From Candidatus Marinacidobacterium sp. (GTDB lineage Bacteria > Acidobacteriota > Vicinamibacteria > Marinacidobacterales > Marinacidobacteraceae), in contig OZ242011.1 of NCBI GenBank assembly GCA_965204755.1, positions 1,184,001 to 1,248,000 of the forward strand: DNA of 64,000 bases, read 5' to 3'. Position 1 is the stretch's first letter; each line of letters begins with the position of its first letter. A program made the position numbers and the translations under genes. The notes under the pieces are model-generated. The model was not told where the DNA came from. It made no database searches and was given only the letters and a program-made list of their open reading frames with translations. Of the stretch, positions 1-9,556 are shown piece after piece.

Positions 1-676
1 GCTCTTGCTGTTTCAGCATGGTCCGAGCCGAGAGCGCGACGACGCCGGGAAGTCGGCTCGTGGCATCCAAGGCGTCCTTGATTTCCGGGTCGTCGAGGTC
101 GTCCTGTTCGTCCAAGTCGAGAAGTCGGGCGGCGCGCACGGCGTCCGGCAGGAGATCGCGCCCGATCGCGTGGAGGCCGGTCAGTTCGAGTTCGCCCCCG
201 GACATCTGCCGGACGATCGCCCGGAACCAGACTCCGTCGTATTCCTGGTAGAACGCGAGTTCGTGACCCTCACCTCGTAACTCGATCGCCCCGGTCCGGA
301 TGAGATCGGGAACTCGCCGATAGTCGGCAGCGGTGACTTCGGGATGGTCGATCATCTGACGCAGCACCGTCCCGGGCGGCAGCCCCACCAGGCGCGTCTG
401 GTAGACCGGTATCTCCGGCGGGGACAGCGCCTCCCGGGCGACGATCGGGATCACGGAGATCGGGAGCACTCCCAAACCCCGCTTGAGCCGGTCGTCGACC
501 TGGCGGGCGCCCGGATGCTTCCGGTGAAAGAGCCGGACCTGGTTGAGGACGATGTCTCGCCCCTCTCTGTCGGGGATCTCGGTGACGGACTGCCGGTCGC
601 GCCCATCCGGATCATCGCGGGCGGCGTCCCGCGAGTCGCGCTCGAAGTCGGAGACCACCGTCCGCGCCCTGGTCAA
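1..676 (-). CDS. Partial ORF running off the window edge; tandem PBECR-like (BECR-fold nuclease) domain protein
   Basis: Not in the ORF track because there is no stop in the window. Open frame from TTG 676 (overlaps the gltX TGA) or GTG 658: ...VGLPPGTVLRQMIDHPEVTAADYRRVPDLIRTG...LAFYQEYDGVWFRAIVRQMSGGELELTGLH..., then a second unit begins VVALSARTMLKQQE. Confidence 0.6.
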   Translation of the reverse strand, partial: MTRARTVVSDFERDSRDAARDDPDGRDRQSVTEIPDREGRDIVLNQVRLFHRKHPGARQVDDRLKRGLGVLPISVIPIVAREALSPPEIPVYQTRLVGLPPGTVLRQMIDHPEVTAADYRRVPDLIRTGAIELRGEGHELAFYQEYDGVWFRAIVRQMSGGELELTGLHAIGRDLLPDAVRAARLLDLDEQDDLDDPEIKDALDATSRLPGVVALSARTMLKQQE

Positions 677-2043
677 GAGCCGGCGCGCCGGCGGGCGAGT
701 TCCTTCTCGCGGCGGCGCGGGACGCCGCCGAGGGCGGTGCGGGCGCGGCGGAGGCGGATTCGGGTCAGGGCGCTTCCGAGAATCGTCATGGAACCGAACA
801 GCGGGGTCGAGGAGGCTGCGCCGGTGACGGCGACATAGAGCGGGGCGGTGAGCCGGCGGAACTTCACCTCCAGGCGGTCCGCGAGCGCCCGGAGGGAATC
901 CCGCGCCGCCTCTTCGGTGAAGTCCGGGAGATCCTCGAGCGTCCACTCGGCGAGCAGCAACCACTCCGCCACGACGGACGATTCTTCCTTCCCGGCCAGC
1001 GCGGCCGGGTCGAGCGGGACCTCGTCGGCGAAGAAGAACGGCGCGAGGAAACCGAAATCACCCAGCGTGCGCATTCGGGGCTGGGCCAGCGCGGCGATAC
1101 CGGTCAGCGTCCCTTCGTCCAGGCGCCAGTCCCGCAGGAGGGCGGCGACGCCGGCCGGGTCGTAGTCCTCCCGCAGGTAGCGGCCGTTCAACCACGCCAA
1201 CTTCTCGGTGTCGAAGACCGCGCCGGAGAGCGAGAGCGAGGAGAGGTCGAAGTTCTCCACGAACGCATCCAAGTCGAACTTCTCCTCGCCCTCGGCGCGC
1301 GTCCAGACCAAGGCGCCGAGGAAGTTGAGCATCGCCTGCGGGAGGAAACCGGCCTGGCGGTAGTACTCGATCGAAGTCGGGCTGTTCCGCTTGCTCAGTT
1401 TCGACCGGTTCCGGTCGTTGTTTCGCAGGAGCGGCACATGCCGGAAGGCGGGCGGTTTCCAACCGAGCGCTTCGTAGAGCAGCAGGTGTTTCGGCAGCGA
1501 CGCGATCCATTCCTCGCCGCGGATGACATCGCTGATCTCCATCCGGTGGTCGTCCACCACATTCGCCAGGTGGTAGGTGGGGAAACCGTCCGACTTGAGC
1601 AGCACCGGATCGTCCACCGACTCCCAGTCCTTCTCGAGACCCGGGCGCAACCGGTCGGGAAGCGCGATCCGCCCCTCGTTCGGCGTGCGCAGCCGGATCG
1701 CGTACGCGCCGCCGTCTTCGTTGTAGTCCCGATACGCCCGGCCATCCGCCAGCAGCCGCTCCGCCGCCTCCCGGCACGGCTCGACCCGCTCGCTCTGCCG
1801 GTACGGCCCGAAAGGCCCCCCGCAATCCGGCCCCTCGTCCCAGGAGAGTCCGAGCCAGCGGAGCGCGCGCAGGATCGCCGCCTCCGCCCCGGGCGTGGAA
1901 CGCGCCCGATCGGTGTCCTCGATCCGCAACACGAACGCGCCGCCGCGCTGCTTCGCGAAGGCGTAGTTCAGCAGCGCGATGAACGCCGTCCCCACATGGG
2001 GATCCCCCGTCGGGGACGGCGCGATCCGCGTGCGAACGCTCAC
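673..2043 (-). CDS. gltX: Glutamate--tRNA ligase
   Basis: RTRIAPSPTGDPHVG (HIGH), LRIEDTD, PTYHLANVVDD, IRGEEW, KLSKR (KMSKS). Confidence 0.97.
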   Translation of the reverse strand: MSVRTRIAPSPTGDPHVGTAFIALLNYAFAKQRGGAFVLRIEDTDRARSTPGAEAAILRALRWLGLSWDEGPDCGGPFGPYRQSERVEPCREAAERLLADGRAYRDYNEDGGAYAIRLRTPNEGRIALPDRLRPGLEKDWESVDDPVLLKSDGFPTYHLANVVDDHRMEISDVIRGEEWIASLPKHLLLYEALGWKPPAFRHVPLLRNNDRNRSKLSKRNSPTSIEYYRQAGFLPQAMLNFLGALVWTRAEGEEKFDLDAFVENFDLSSLSLSGAVFDTEKLAWLNGRYLREDYDPAGVAALLRDWRLDEGTLTGIAALAQPRMRTLGDFGFLAPFFFADEVPLDPAALAGKEESSVVAEWLLLAEWTLEDLPDFTEEAARDSLRALADRLEVKFRRLTAPLYVAVTGAASSTPLFGSMTILGSALTRIRLRRARTALGGVPRRREKELARRRAGS

Positions 2044-2138
2044 CGTGTCGCAATCCTCACGGACAGCGACGGCGCGCGCCCATTCCGAGTCATACGCTCA
2101 CCGCCCCGCCGCACGGTGGGCGGGATCGGCCCGGTCAC

Positions 2139-3335
2139 TCATCGCGGATGTACGGCAAGACGAATCGGTGTTCGGGCGGCGCTGACCGCAGGCGCCGCGC
2201 CACCGAGGAGGCTGATGCCGACGGCCAACAGCAGCGCTTGGACGACTGTACCACCGCCGACCTCGAAGGTGAAGACGAGTTGGCTCAGGGAAGCGAAGTT
2301 CAGCGTGCTCGTCCGAAACCCGTCGAGCGCCGCGCCGCTCGCGACGGCGCCGAGCGCGGCGCCGGCGGCGGCGAGGGTTCCCGCCTCCGCCAGGAATGCC
2401 GCCAACACCGCGAAGCGACCGAAGCCCAGGGCGCGCAGCGTGCCGATCTCCCTTCTCCTGCTCGAAATCGCGCCGAATGTCGTGTTGAAAGTCACGACGC
2501 TCACCGCGCCGCCCATGAGGACGACCACCAACCACCCGAAACCCTCCACGAACAGGGTCATGATCTCTGCCTGGTTTCGATAGAACTCCGTTTCGCGTTC
2601 CACGGCGACGCGCAGCCTCCGGTCCGCGAGAGTGCCGCCCTCGAAGCCCCACAGGGCTTCCGGTTCGGTCAGCCGTACGCGGATCGCCTGAAAACTCGAG
2701 CCGTAGCCGAAGGACTCCCGAACGGCGGTGTCCGAGGTCCAGATCTCCGACTCCTCGCCGTGGCCGCCCGCGGAGAACACGCCGACGATTCTCAGCGGCC
2801 TTCCGGCCAAGCGGATATCCGACCCCGGGGCCAGACCATCGTAGGTATCCCTCGCCCCGGCCCCGACGATCGCCTCGTATCGACCGCTTCGGAAGCGTCT
2901 TCCGGTGTGGACCTCGACCCGCTCCCGCACTGCGAAGCCCGCGTCCGAGAGTCCTCGAAGCAGCACATTCTCCAAAGCCCCTCCCTCCCGTCTCGGGAGG
3001 CTGACGACGGCTACATTCTCTCCGGAAACGAGTGCCCTCCCGTCGGAATGTTCGACTTGGGGAAGCCCGGCGATCACGGCGACCGCCTCGCGCGGCAGCC
3101 GGCTGTCGAGTTCCGCCATCGCGCCTTCCTGAAGCACGACCGCAACGCGATCGTCCGCCCCGGAGACCAGCGCCGCCCGCAGTCCGTCCGCCACCGAAAA
3201 GACGCCGACATGCGCGACGGTCGCGCCCGCCATCCCGAGCACCAGCACGACAGCGCTCCGCCGGCGCTGCCGTATGGTCGAGAGGCAGTACAGCGCTGTC
3301 GCCGCCACCTGTCTCGCCAGCAGCCGGAAGCGCAT
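2139..3335 (-). CDS. ABC transporter permease (FtsX/MacB family)
   Basis: Real start ATG 3335 (MRFRLLARQ), just after the stop of the upstream permease; RRREIGTLRALGF motif; TM helices plus a periplasmic domain. Confidence 0.9.
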   Translation of the reverse strand: MRFRLLARQVAATALYCLSTIRQRRRSAVVLVLGMAGATVAHVGVFSVADGLRAALVSGADDRVAVVLQEGAMAELDSRLPREAVAVIAGLPQVEHSDGRALVSGENVAVVSLPRREGGALENVLLRGLSDAGFAVRERVEVHTGRRFRSGRYEAIVGAGARDTYDGLAPGSDIRLAGRPLRIVGVFSAGGHGEESEIWTSDTAVRESFGYGSSFQAIRVRLTEPEALWGFEGGTLADRRLRVAVERETEFYRNQAEIMTLFVEGFGWLVVVLMGGAVSVVTFNTTFGAISSRRREIGTLRALGFGRFAVLAAFLAEAGTLAAAGAALGAVASGAALDGFRTSTLNFASLSQLVFTFEVGGGTVVQALLLAVGISLLGGAAPAVSAARTPIRLAVHPR

Positions 3336-3337
3336 CC

Positions 3338-4492
3338 CTACTCGCCGGCGAGTCCGCCGAGGCCTCCCACGCGGACGCGGACCAACGCCGGTATCGCGGC
3401 AAGGACGGCCAAACCCAAGGCGACGGCCACGCCGAGCACGGCGTCCGAAGTACGGAAAGCCAGCCCGGGCAGCATCTCCGCCAAGTCCCTCCCCAAGGCC
3501 GCGACTGCCGCGCTCCCGAGCGCCAAGCCCAGCACCGCCCCGGAGCCGACGAGCAGGACGGCTTCCCCGACGGCCAACGCCATCAACTTGGCCGGAGAGA
3601 ATCCGAGGGCCCGAAGCACCGCGAACTCGCGCCGTCGTTCTTCCACCGACTCGGAAACCGTACTGCCGACGACGAGAACCGTTATCCCCAGCATCACGCT
3701 CAGGATCGCGGCGAAGACCGCCCCGAAGTCGGCGAACTGCCTCGCGAACGCCGCAATCGCCGCCCCTTCGGGCTGCGAGACGGTGGGAGCAGCCGCGTTG
3801 CTGAAGTACCGGTCTATCGCCATGGCCGTATCGGCCGCGCCCTGCGCATCGGCCAGGACGACGGTGAACCAACTCACGCCCGGATCCTCGGTCCGTCCCT
3901 CCCTCAGATAATCCTGCCGCAACAGGAAGTGGCTGTCCGAGTAAGCGTCGTCTTCCACCGAGTACGCGCCCGCCAAAGTGAACTGCCAGGAGCGCGTGCC
4001 GTCGCGACGAGGATGGACCTGCGCGGAAAGGGTCACCCGGTCGCCGGGGCGCCACCCGAAGCGCTCGAACAACGACGAGCCGGCGATGGCGCCGTCCCTC
4101 GTCTCCCTCCACCGCTCCACGGCGCCGGGGTCTATCCCGATGTCCGGATACACCCGGAGGAACTCGTCCGGCTCGACCGCCAGGGACATGAAGAAGTTTC
4201 GCGGATCTTGGTAGATGCCGCCGAACCAGGTGGTGGGCGCGACCGCGAGCACATTCGGGATACGACCGATCTCTTCCCGGTATCTCGTCGGCAGCGACTC
4301 GATCACGGAGATTCGATTCGACACGCGAATCCGGTTCTCCTCGGCGACGAACTCTCCGAACGACACGGCGCGCCGGAGGGCGCACAGCGCGCAGAACAGG
4401 AGGAAGCACAGGACGACAGACGATACGGTGACCGCAGCCCGAAGCCGCTGACTCCGGAGGCCGGTCGCGGCGAGAGGAACGAATCGCACCAT
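3338..4492 (-). CDS. ABC transporter permease (FtsX/MacB family)
   Basis: WFGGIYQDPRNFF; ERRREFAVLRALGF; four TM segments. Confidence 0.9.
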   Translation of the reverse strand: MVRFVPLAATGLRSQRLRAAVTVSSVVLCFLLFCALCALRRAVSFGEFVAEENRIRVSNRISVIESLPTRYREEIGRIPNVLAVAPTTWFGGIYQDPRNFFMSLAVEPDEFLRVYPDIGIDPGAVERWRETRDGAIAGSSLFERFGWRPGDRVTLSAQVHPRRDGTRSWQFTLAGAYSVEDDAYSDSHFLLRQDYLREGRTEDPGVSWFTVVLADAQGAADTAMAIDRYFSNAAAPTVSQPEGAAIAAFARQFADFGAVFAAILSVMLGITVLVVGSTVSESVEERRREFAVLRALGFSPAKLMALAVGEAVLLVGSGAVLGLALGSAAVAALGRDLAEMLPGLAFRTSDAVLGVAVALGLAVLAAIPALVRVRVGGLGGLAGE

Positions 4493-4653
4493 GGCCGACA
4501 GCCCTCAGGAGTCGCGGAGACCGCCGTCTCGATCGCAGGTCGGCCGGGCGACCGACAGCCTATGGATCCCCGGCGGTGGTCTCGAACTTCGCAGTGACGC
4601 CCTGTGCGTCCGCCCCCGGTCCGACCGGCTGACCCGAATGGCGGGGCGGTCGC

Positions 4654-5454
4654 TCAGCGGAGATCGGGGAGCAACTCGTCGCGCACCCAAACATAGCCCG
4701 GTTCGATCTGCAGCGCCCGTTCGTAGTACTCCTCGGCGCGGGTCTCGTCATCGTCCCTCGCGAGAGCGAGTCCCAGAAAAGCCAAGGCCTCGGCGTAACC
4801 CCAGGCGAAGGGTTCTTCTTCCAACGCTCTCTCGAACATGGCCACCGCCTCGCGCAGTCGGCGCCGGGCCGCGTCCCGGTCGCCGAAGGGGCCCGGCGCC
4901 ATCAGATGGGTGATTCCCTGGTGGTAGATCACATGCGGATTCTCCGGCCCCGAGGTGACTGCCTGTTCGAGGAGTTCCCCCGCGCGGCGGCCGTGACGCA
5001 TGCCGGACATCATCCCGGTAATCCGCGCCTGTTCGACTTGGGAAAGGATCAATAGGGCATACGGGCTGTCGGGCGATTCCGCAAGATGTTCATCGAGAAG
5101 GCGTTGGGCCTCGTCCAGAAGCGGCTTCCGCCTCGCCTCGTTGAGCCTCTTCACGCTTCGACGGACATCATGGATCGGATACAGCGTGGCGACGCGCCAC
5201 AGGCCCCAGGCGCGCGCCAGGGTCTCCGAATCCGGGATCTCCCCGAGCGCGGCGCCGGCCCCGGGGAGATCCCGCGTGTAGTAGGCGTGCTCGATCCGCT
5301 GCAACACGGGCGCGGTCTCACCACCGGCCATCCGGTCCGTCTGCGCCCCGAACGACGGCATCGGCGCCGCCGCGGACGAAAGGGCCCACGAGGTGAAAGC
5401 CGCCGCGGCGAGAACACCGCAGCCGAAGTGACGAGCGCCGACCATACCGTCCAT
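4654..5454 (-). CDS. Secreted tetratricopeptide-repeat protein
   Basis: Signal-peptide-like N-terminus; TPR-like helices (AEEYYERALQIEPGY, PENPHVIY). Confidence 0.8.
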   Translation of the reverse strand: MDGMVGARHFGCGVLAAAAFTSWALSSAAAPMPSFGAQTDRMAGGETAPVLQRIEHAYYTRDLPGAGAALGEIPDSETLARAWGLWRVATLYPIHDVRRSVKRLNEARRKPLLDEAQRLLDEHLAESPDSPYALLILSQVEQARITGMMSGMRHGRRAGELLEQAVTSGPENPHVIYHQGITHLMAPGPFGDRDAARRRLREAVAMFERALEEEPFAWGYAEALAFLGLALARDDDETRAEEYYERALQIEPGYVWVRDELLPDLR

Positions 5455-5557
5455 ACGGCTTCGCCCGCCCGAAACTTACACCCCCCGCCACGGGACGGAG
5501 GTTCCAGCCGGCTATGGGATAAGTCGTTGACAGAGGGATCGTCGGGCCGGATTCAGG

Positions 5558-7489
5558 TCAGACGGTGACCTGGCGGTGGAACGCGACCCACTCCGCGACG
5601 AGCAGGAGGAGGGCGAAGAGCGCCAGGTAGGGCCAGAGGACCGGGAAGACCGGGGGCTCTTCCTCCGCGGTGGCGGCCGCCCGCGCCGCGGGTTCGGCCC
5701 CGGCCCAGGCCGAGCGGTTCAGGTCGGAGACCCTCCGGTCGAGCAGGTTGGCGGCGATGACGACCTCCCGGCCGGCGCCGGAGGCGTAGTAGAGCGACGG
5801 ACTTTCCGCTTCGAAGGAGAGTTCGCCGCCGAGTTGTTGCGACTCCAACTCCTCGCCGTCGGCGTCGAAGATCGTTCCGGCGCCCAGGCGAACGCGCACC
5901 GGGCCGAGGCCGGCGCGCCGGACCTCCACATCGGTGAGCCAACTGAGCGACCGGGAGAGGAACACCGGGAAGTCGGGCTGGAGGGGCAGGTTCGACCGGC
6001 GGAGCGGGAAGGCGAAGGCCAGCGCCCGGCGCGGGCTGGAGCGCGCGGCGAGGAGACCCAGGCGGGAGTCGCCGAGCAGGGCCGTCCAACGGGCGCCGGT
6101 CGCCTCCGCTTCGCCGAAACGGGCGAGCGATTCGGCGGAGAAGGCGCGGACTTCGCGAGCCAGGGCGTCGTCGAGTTGGAGGCCGTCGAGCACCGGATGG
6201 TTCTCCGCGCCGGGCATGACCGGGAGGAGGACCGCGGCCGTTCCCTCCGCGTCGCCTTCCGGCTCGGCGCCGGACGCGGCCGCCGCTTCCTCCGCCTCCG
6301 GCGCGGCGGCCGCGGCGAGGCGCGGCGGCAGCCAGTCGGCCTCTCCCGCCCCGGCGAAGAGCAGGGGCGCCGCCGGCAGCGCCTCCGGCGGAGGCCCGTC
6401 GAGCACGATCACATCCACCCCTTCGACGCCGCGCGCCGCGAGTTCGCCGGGAAGGATGGACTCCAGGGTGACCCGCGGGTCGAGCCGCAGCGCGGCCTCC
6501 CAGTACGGGTTCTCGTCGGCGGCGAGCAGCACCCGCAGGCGGTTGCGCGACGGGACATAGGAGTGGGCCACATCGTCGGCGGGGAAGGCGTCGCCGCCGG
6601 AGACCGCGATGGCCGCGCGCACCGGGCCGGCGACGAAGCCGGCGAGCGGCGCGGTTTCGCCGCTCGGCGCGCCGGGGCGGACCCGCAGCACCCGGCGCAG
6701 GGTGGCCCCGCCCGCGCCGTCGATCTGGAGCGCCACCACTTCGGCGCCGGCGCCCGCCTCCGGCGACTCGCCGTGGAGCACCACTTCCACATAGGCCTCG
6801 AACCGCCCCGGGTCGCGGGGCAGCGGCCGCACATCGAAGGCGGTGATCCCGGCGTTCAACGCGGGCTCGAACACCGAAACCCGCTCCACGCCCGGCGGCG
6901 CGCCGGAGACGGCCACCCCGTCCCCGAAGAAGACCACTTCCGCGCCCTCGGCGGCGGAATCGGCGGCGAGCAGATCCGAGACCTCGGGGAACCGGTGCTC
7001 CGCGCCGAAGACCGGGGAGAGCGATTCGAGCGCGGCCCGCGCGGCCCGCGAGTCGAGGAACGAACGGCCGCCGCGCCGACCGGCGGTGTCGAGGACCAGG
7101 AACTCCCCGTTCGCGCCGGCCGCGGCGATGCGCCGGTCCGCTTCGGCGACGGCGCGCTCCCACCGGCTCGCGCCGTCGGCGCCGAGCGCCGCCATGGCCG
7201 CGGAGTTGTCGAGCACCAGCGCCAAGCGGCGGACTTCCCGGTCTCCGAACGACGGCCGGGCGAGCGCCAGCGCGACGGAGAGCGCGACGAGGAGCGCGGC
7301 GACCAAGGAGATCAGCCACCGCCAGAAGTCCTCGCGCCGCCGGCGTTCGTCGAGCACCCGCCGCCAGATGAAGTTCGACGGAACCGTGACCGGCTGGGGT
7401 TCCGGCCGGACCCGGTAGAGGATCCAGACGACGACGGCGGCGAGCCCGAGCAGCGCCGCCGCGACGAGCGGCGCCACGCCGAAGTTCAT
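5558..7489 (-). CDS. BatA-domain / vWA membrane protein
   Basis: N-terminal BatA-like ILYRVRP..VPSNFIW, LALARP; degenerate MIDAS VLDNSAAM; C-terminal LWPYL..LLLVAEW. Confidence 0.85.
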   Translation of the reverse strand: MNFGVAPLVAAALLGLAAVVVWILYRVRPEPQPVTVPSNFIWRRVLDERRRREDFWRWLISLVAALLVALSVALALARPSFGDREVRRLALVLDNSAAMAALGADGASRWERAVAEADRRIAAAGANGEFLVLDTAGRRGGRSFLDSRAARAALESLSPVFGAEHRFPEVSDLLAADSAAEGAEVVFFGDGVAVSGAPPGVERVSVFEPALNAGITAFDVRPLPRDPGRFEAYVEVVLHGESPEAGAGAEVVALQIDGAGGATLRRVLRVRPGAPSGETAPLAGFVAGPVRAAIAVSGGDAFPADDVAHSYVPSRNRLRVLLAADENPYWEAALRLDPRVTLESILPGELAARGVEGVDVIVLDGPPPEALPAAPLLFAGAGEADWLPPRLAAAAAPEAEEAAAASGAEPEGDAEGTAAVLLPVMPGAENHPVLDGLQLDDALAREVRAFSAESLARFGEAEATGARWTALLGDSRLGLLAARSSPRRALAFAFPLRRSNLPLQPDFPVFLSRSLSWLTDVEVRRAGLGPVRVRLGAGTIFDADGEELESQQLGGELSFEAESPSLYYASGAGREVVIAANLLDRRVSDLNRSAWAGAEPAARAAATAEEEPPVFPVLWPYLALFALLLLVAEWVAFHRQVTV

Positions 7490-7504
7490 GCCCGAAGCGC
7501 CGGC

Positions 7505-8464
7505 TCAGCGGATGAAGCGATCCTGCTGGAAGATCGTCATCACCGCGTCCTCGAACGGTTTGCCGGTGTTGGCGAGCGAATAGCCGAAACCGTACCGGGA
7601 GCAGTACTCGGTGATTTCCCGGCGGTGCTCCTCGAGCGCTTCCGTGTAGCGGGTCAACAAGCGGGGAGTCACCCGGACGCGGCGCTCCGAACCGTCCTCG
7701 GAGTCGGTGAGCAGCGCTTCGTCGGGGAGGGTGGGATCGAGTTCCTCCGGAGAGAGCACCTGCGCCACGAACAGGTCGTGCTTCTGGTACCTGCAGGCGT
7801 CGAACGCGGTGAGCAGGTCGTCGCCGTCCATCAGGTCGGACAGGACGACCGCGAGGCCGCGCTTCCGCCGGGAACCGAAGTACGCCCGGAAACAGGCGGC
7901 GAGCGAAGTCTCTCCGCCGGCTTTCCCGGCGTCGAGGAAGCGGAACGCCCGGAAGATCTGGTTCCGGCCGCGCTTCGCCGGCATGAGTTCCCCGACCCGC
8001 CCGTCGTACCAGACGATGGAGACCAGGTCGTGGTTCATGAGCCCGATGTAGGCGAGGGCGCCGGCCATCTTCCGGGCGAAGTCGAACTTGGTCGGATCGC
8101 CGAACGCCATCGAGGCGCTCCGGTCCACGAAGAGATAGACCGGGAGGTCCGCTTCTTCGTCGAAAACGCGAAGCACCAACTTGTCGAGGCGGAGGAACGC
8201 CTTCCAGTCCACATCGCGGGTGTCGTCGCCGTCCACATAGGGGCGGTAGTCCGCGAGTTCGATGCCCGAACCGCGCTTCCTCGCCCGGTGTTCGCCGCGG
8301 TGGCGCGACGGCAGCATCCGCGTCGCCATGAGTTTCAGGTACTCGAGCCGCTCCATGAAGTCGGCGTCGAACAGCGTCTCCCCCGAAGCGCCGGGCTCGT
8401 TGGCCCGGGTCGGCGGCGTCCTCCGGCCCGGCCCGGAGCCGGCGCCGCGGAGCGCCTCAGCCAC
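7505..8464 (-). CDS. DUF58 family protein (MoxR-associated vWA-like)
   Basis: GSGIELADYRPYVDGDDTRDVDWK, FVDRSASM, VVLSDL. Confidence 0.92.
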   Translation of the reverse strand: MAEALRGAGSGPGRRTPPTRANEPGASGETLFDADFMERLEYLKLMATRMLPSRHRGEHRARKRGSGIELADYRPYVDGDDTRDVDWKAFLRLDKLVLRVFDEEADLPVYLFVDRSASMAFGDPTKFDFARKMAGALAYIGLMNHDLVSIVWYDGRVGELMPAKRGRNQIFRAFRFLDAGKAGGETSLAACFRAYFGSRRKRGLAVVLSDLMDGDDLLTAFDACRYQKHDLFVAQVLSPEELDPTLPDEALLTDSEDGSERRVRVTPRLLTRYTEALEEHRREITEYCSRYGFGYSLANTGKPFEDAVMTIFQQDRFIR

Positions 8465-8509
8465 GGCGGCCTCGACCTCCGGCGGACCGACCGACGGAAG
8501 GGCCGCGGG

Positions 8510-9556
8510 TCAGGCGCCCGGAGGCGCGATGGACTCCACGATCTCCTTCAGGATGTCGTCGGTGTCCACCTTGTCCGCCTCGCCCTCGAAGTTGAGCAGC
8601 AGGCGGTGGCGCAGCGTGGGGAGCACGCTCCCGCGAATGTCCTCGGCGGCCACATGCGCCCGGCCGGCGAGCAGCGCCCGCACCTTGCCGGAGAGCACCA
8701 GCGCCTGCGTGCCGCGCGGGCTCGCGCCGAACTTGACATAGCGGTTGGTGAGGGTGTGGGCGTACTTCGAGCCGGGATGCGTGCCCATGGTGAGCCGGAT
8801 CGCATACTCCTGCACCGGGCCGGCGACCGGCACGGAAAGCACGGTATGGCGCATGTCGAGGACTTCGCCGCGGTCCACCACCGCTTCCGCTTTCGGTTCC
8901 TCCACCGTGGTGGTGCGTTCCACGATCTCGCCCAACTCCTCCTCGTCGGGATACCCGATGCGGAGTTTCATCAGGAACCGGTCCATCTGGGCTTCCGGGA
9001 GCGGGTAGGTGCCTTCGAGTTCGATGGGGTTCTGCGTCGCCATCACGAAGAAGGGTTCTTCGAGCCGGTAGGTGGTGTTCCCGACGGAGACGCTCTTCTC
9101 CTGCATCGCTTCGAGCAGCGCCGACTGCGACTTGGGCGTGGCGCGGTTCACTTCGTCGGCCAGCATCAGGTTGCAGAAGATCGGCCCCGGCTGGAAGTCG
9201 AGCACCTTCGCGCCGGTGTCGGTCTCGCGCACCACATTCGTGCCCACGATGTCGCCCGGCATCAGGTCCGGCGTGAACTGGATCCGGTTGAACTTGAGGT
9301 GCATCGCGTCGGCGAGCGTCTGGACGATCTTCGTCTTGCCGAGGCCGGGGATGCCTTCGAGGAGCACATGCCCGCGGGTGAGCAGGCAGGTGACGATCCC
9401 GCTGACCACTTCCCGGTTGCCCACGATGATCCGTCCGACTTCGGTCTGGACGCGTTCGTGGCGCTCCCGGAACTCCGCCATGCGGCGTTCGATCTCCTCC
9501 GGAGCGGCGGAGGCCGACGGCGGAGAGTCGGCGAGAGCGGTATCGGCAGGGGTCAT
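8510..9556 (-). CDS. moxR: MoxR family AAA+ ATPase
   Basis: GHVLLEGIPGLGKT, RIQFTPDLMPGD, LADEVNRATPKSQSALLEAM, ATQNPIELEGTYPLPEAQMDRF. Confidence 0.96.
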   Translation of the reverse strand: MTPADTALADSPPSASAAPEEIERRMAEFRERHERVQTEVGRIIVGNREVVSGIVTCLLTRGHVLLEGIPGLGKTKIVQTLADAMHLKFNRIQFTPDLMPGDIVGTNVVRETDTGAKVLDFQPGPIFCNLMLADEVNRATPKSQSALLEAMQEKSVSVGNTTYRLEEPFFVMATQNPIELEGTYPLPEAQMDRFLMKLRIGYPDEEELGEIVERTTTVEEPKAEAVVDRGEVLDMRHTVLSVPVAGPVQEYAIRLTMGTHPGSKYAHTLTNRYVKFGASPRGTQALVLSGKVRALLAGRAHVAAEDIRGSVLPTLRHRLLLNFEGEADKVDTDDILKEIVESIAPPGA

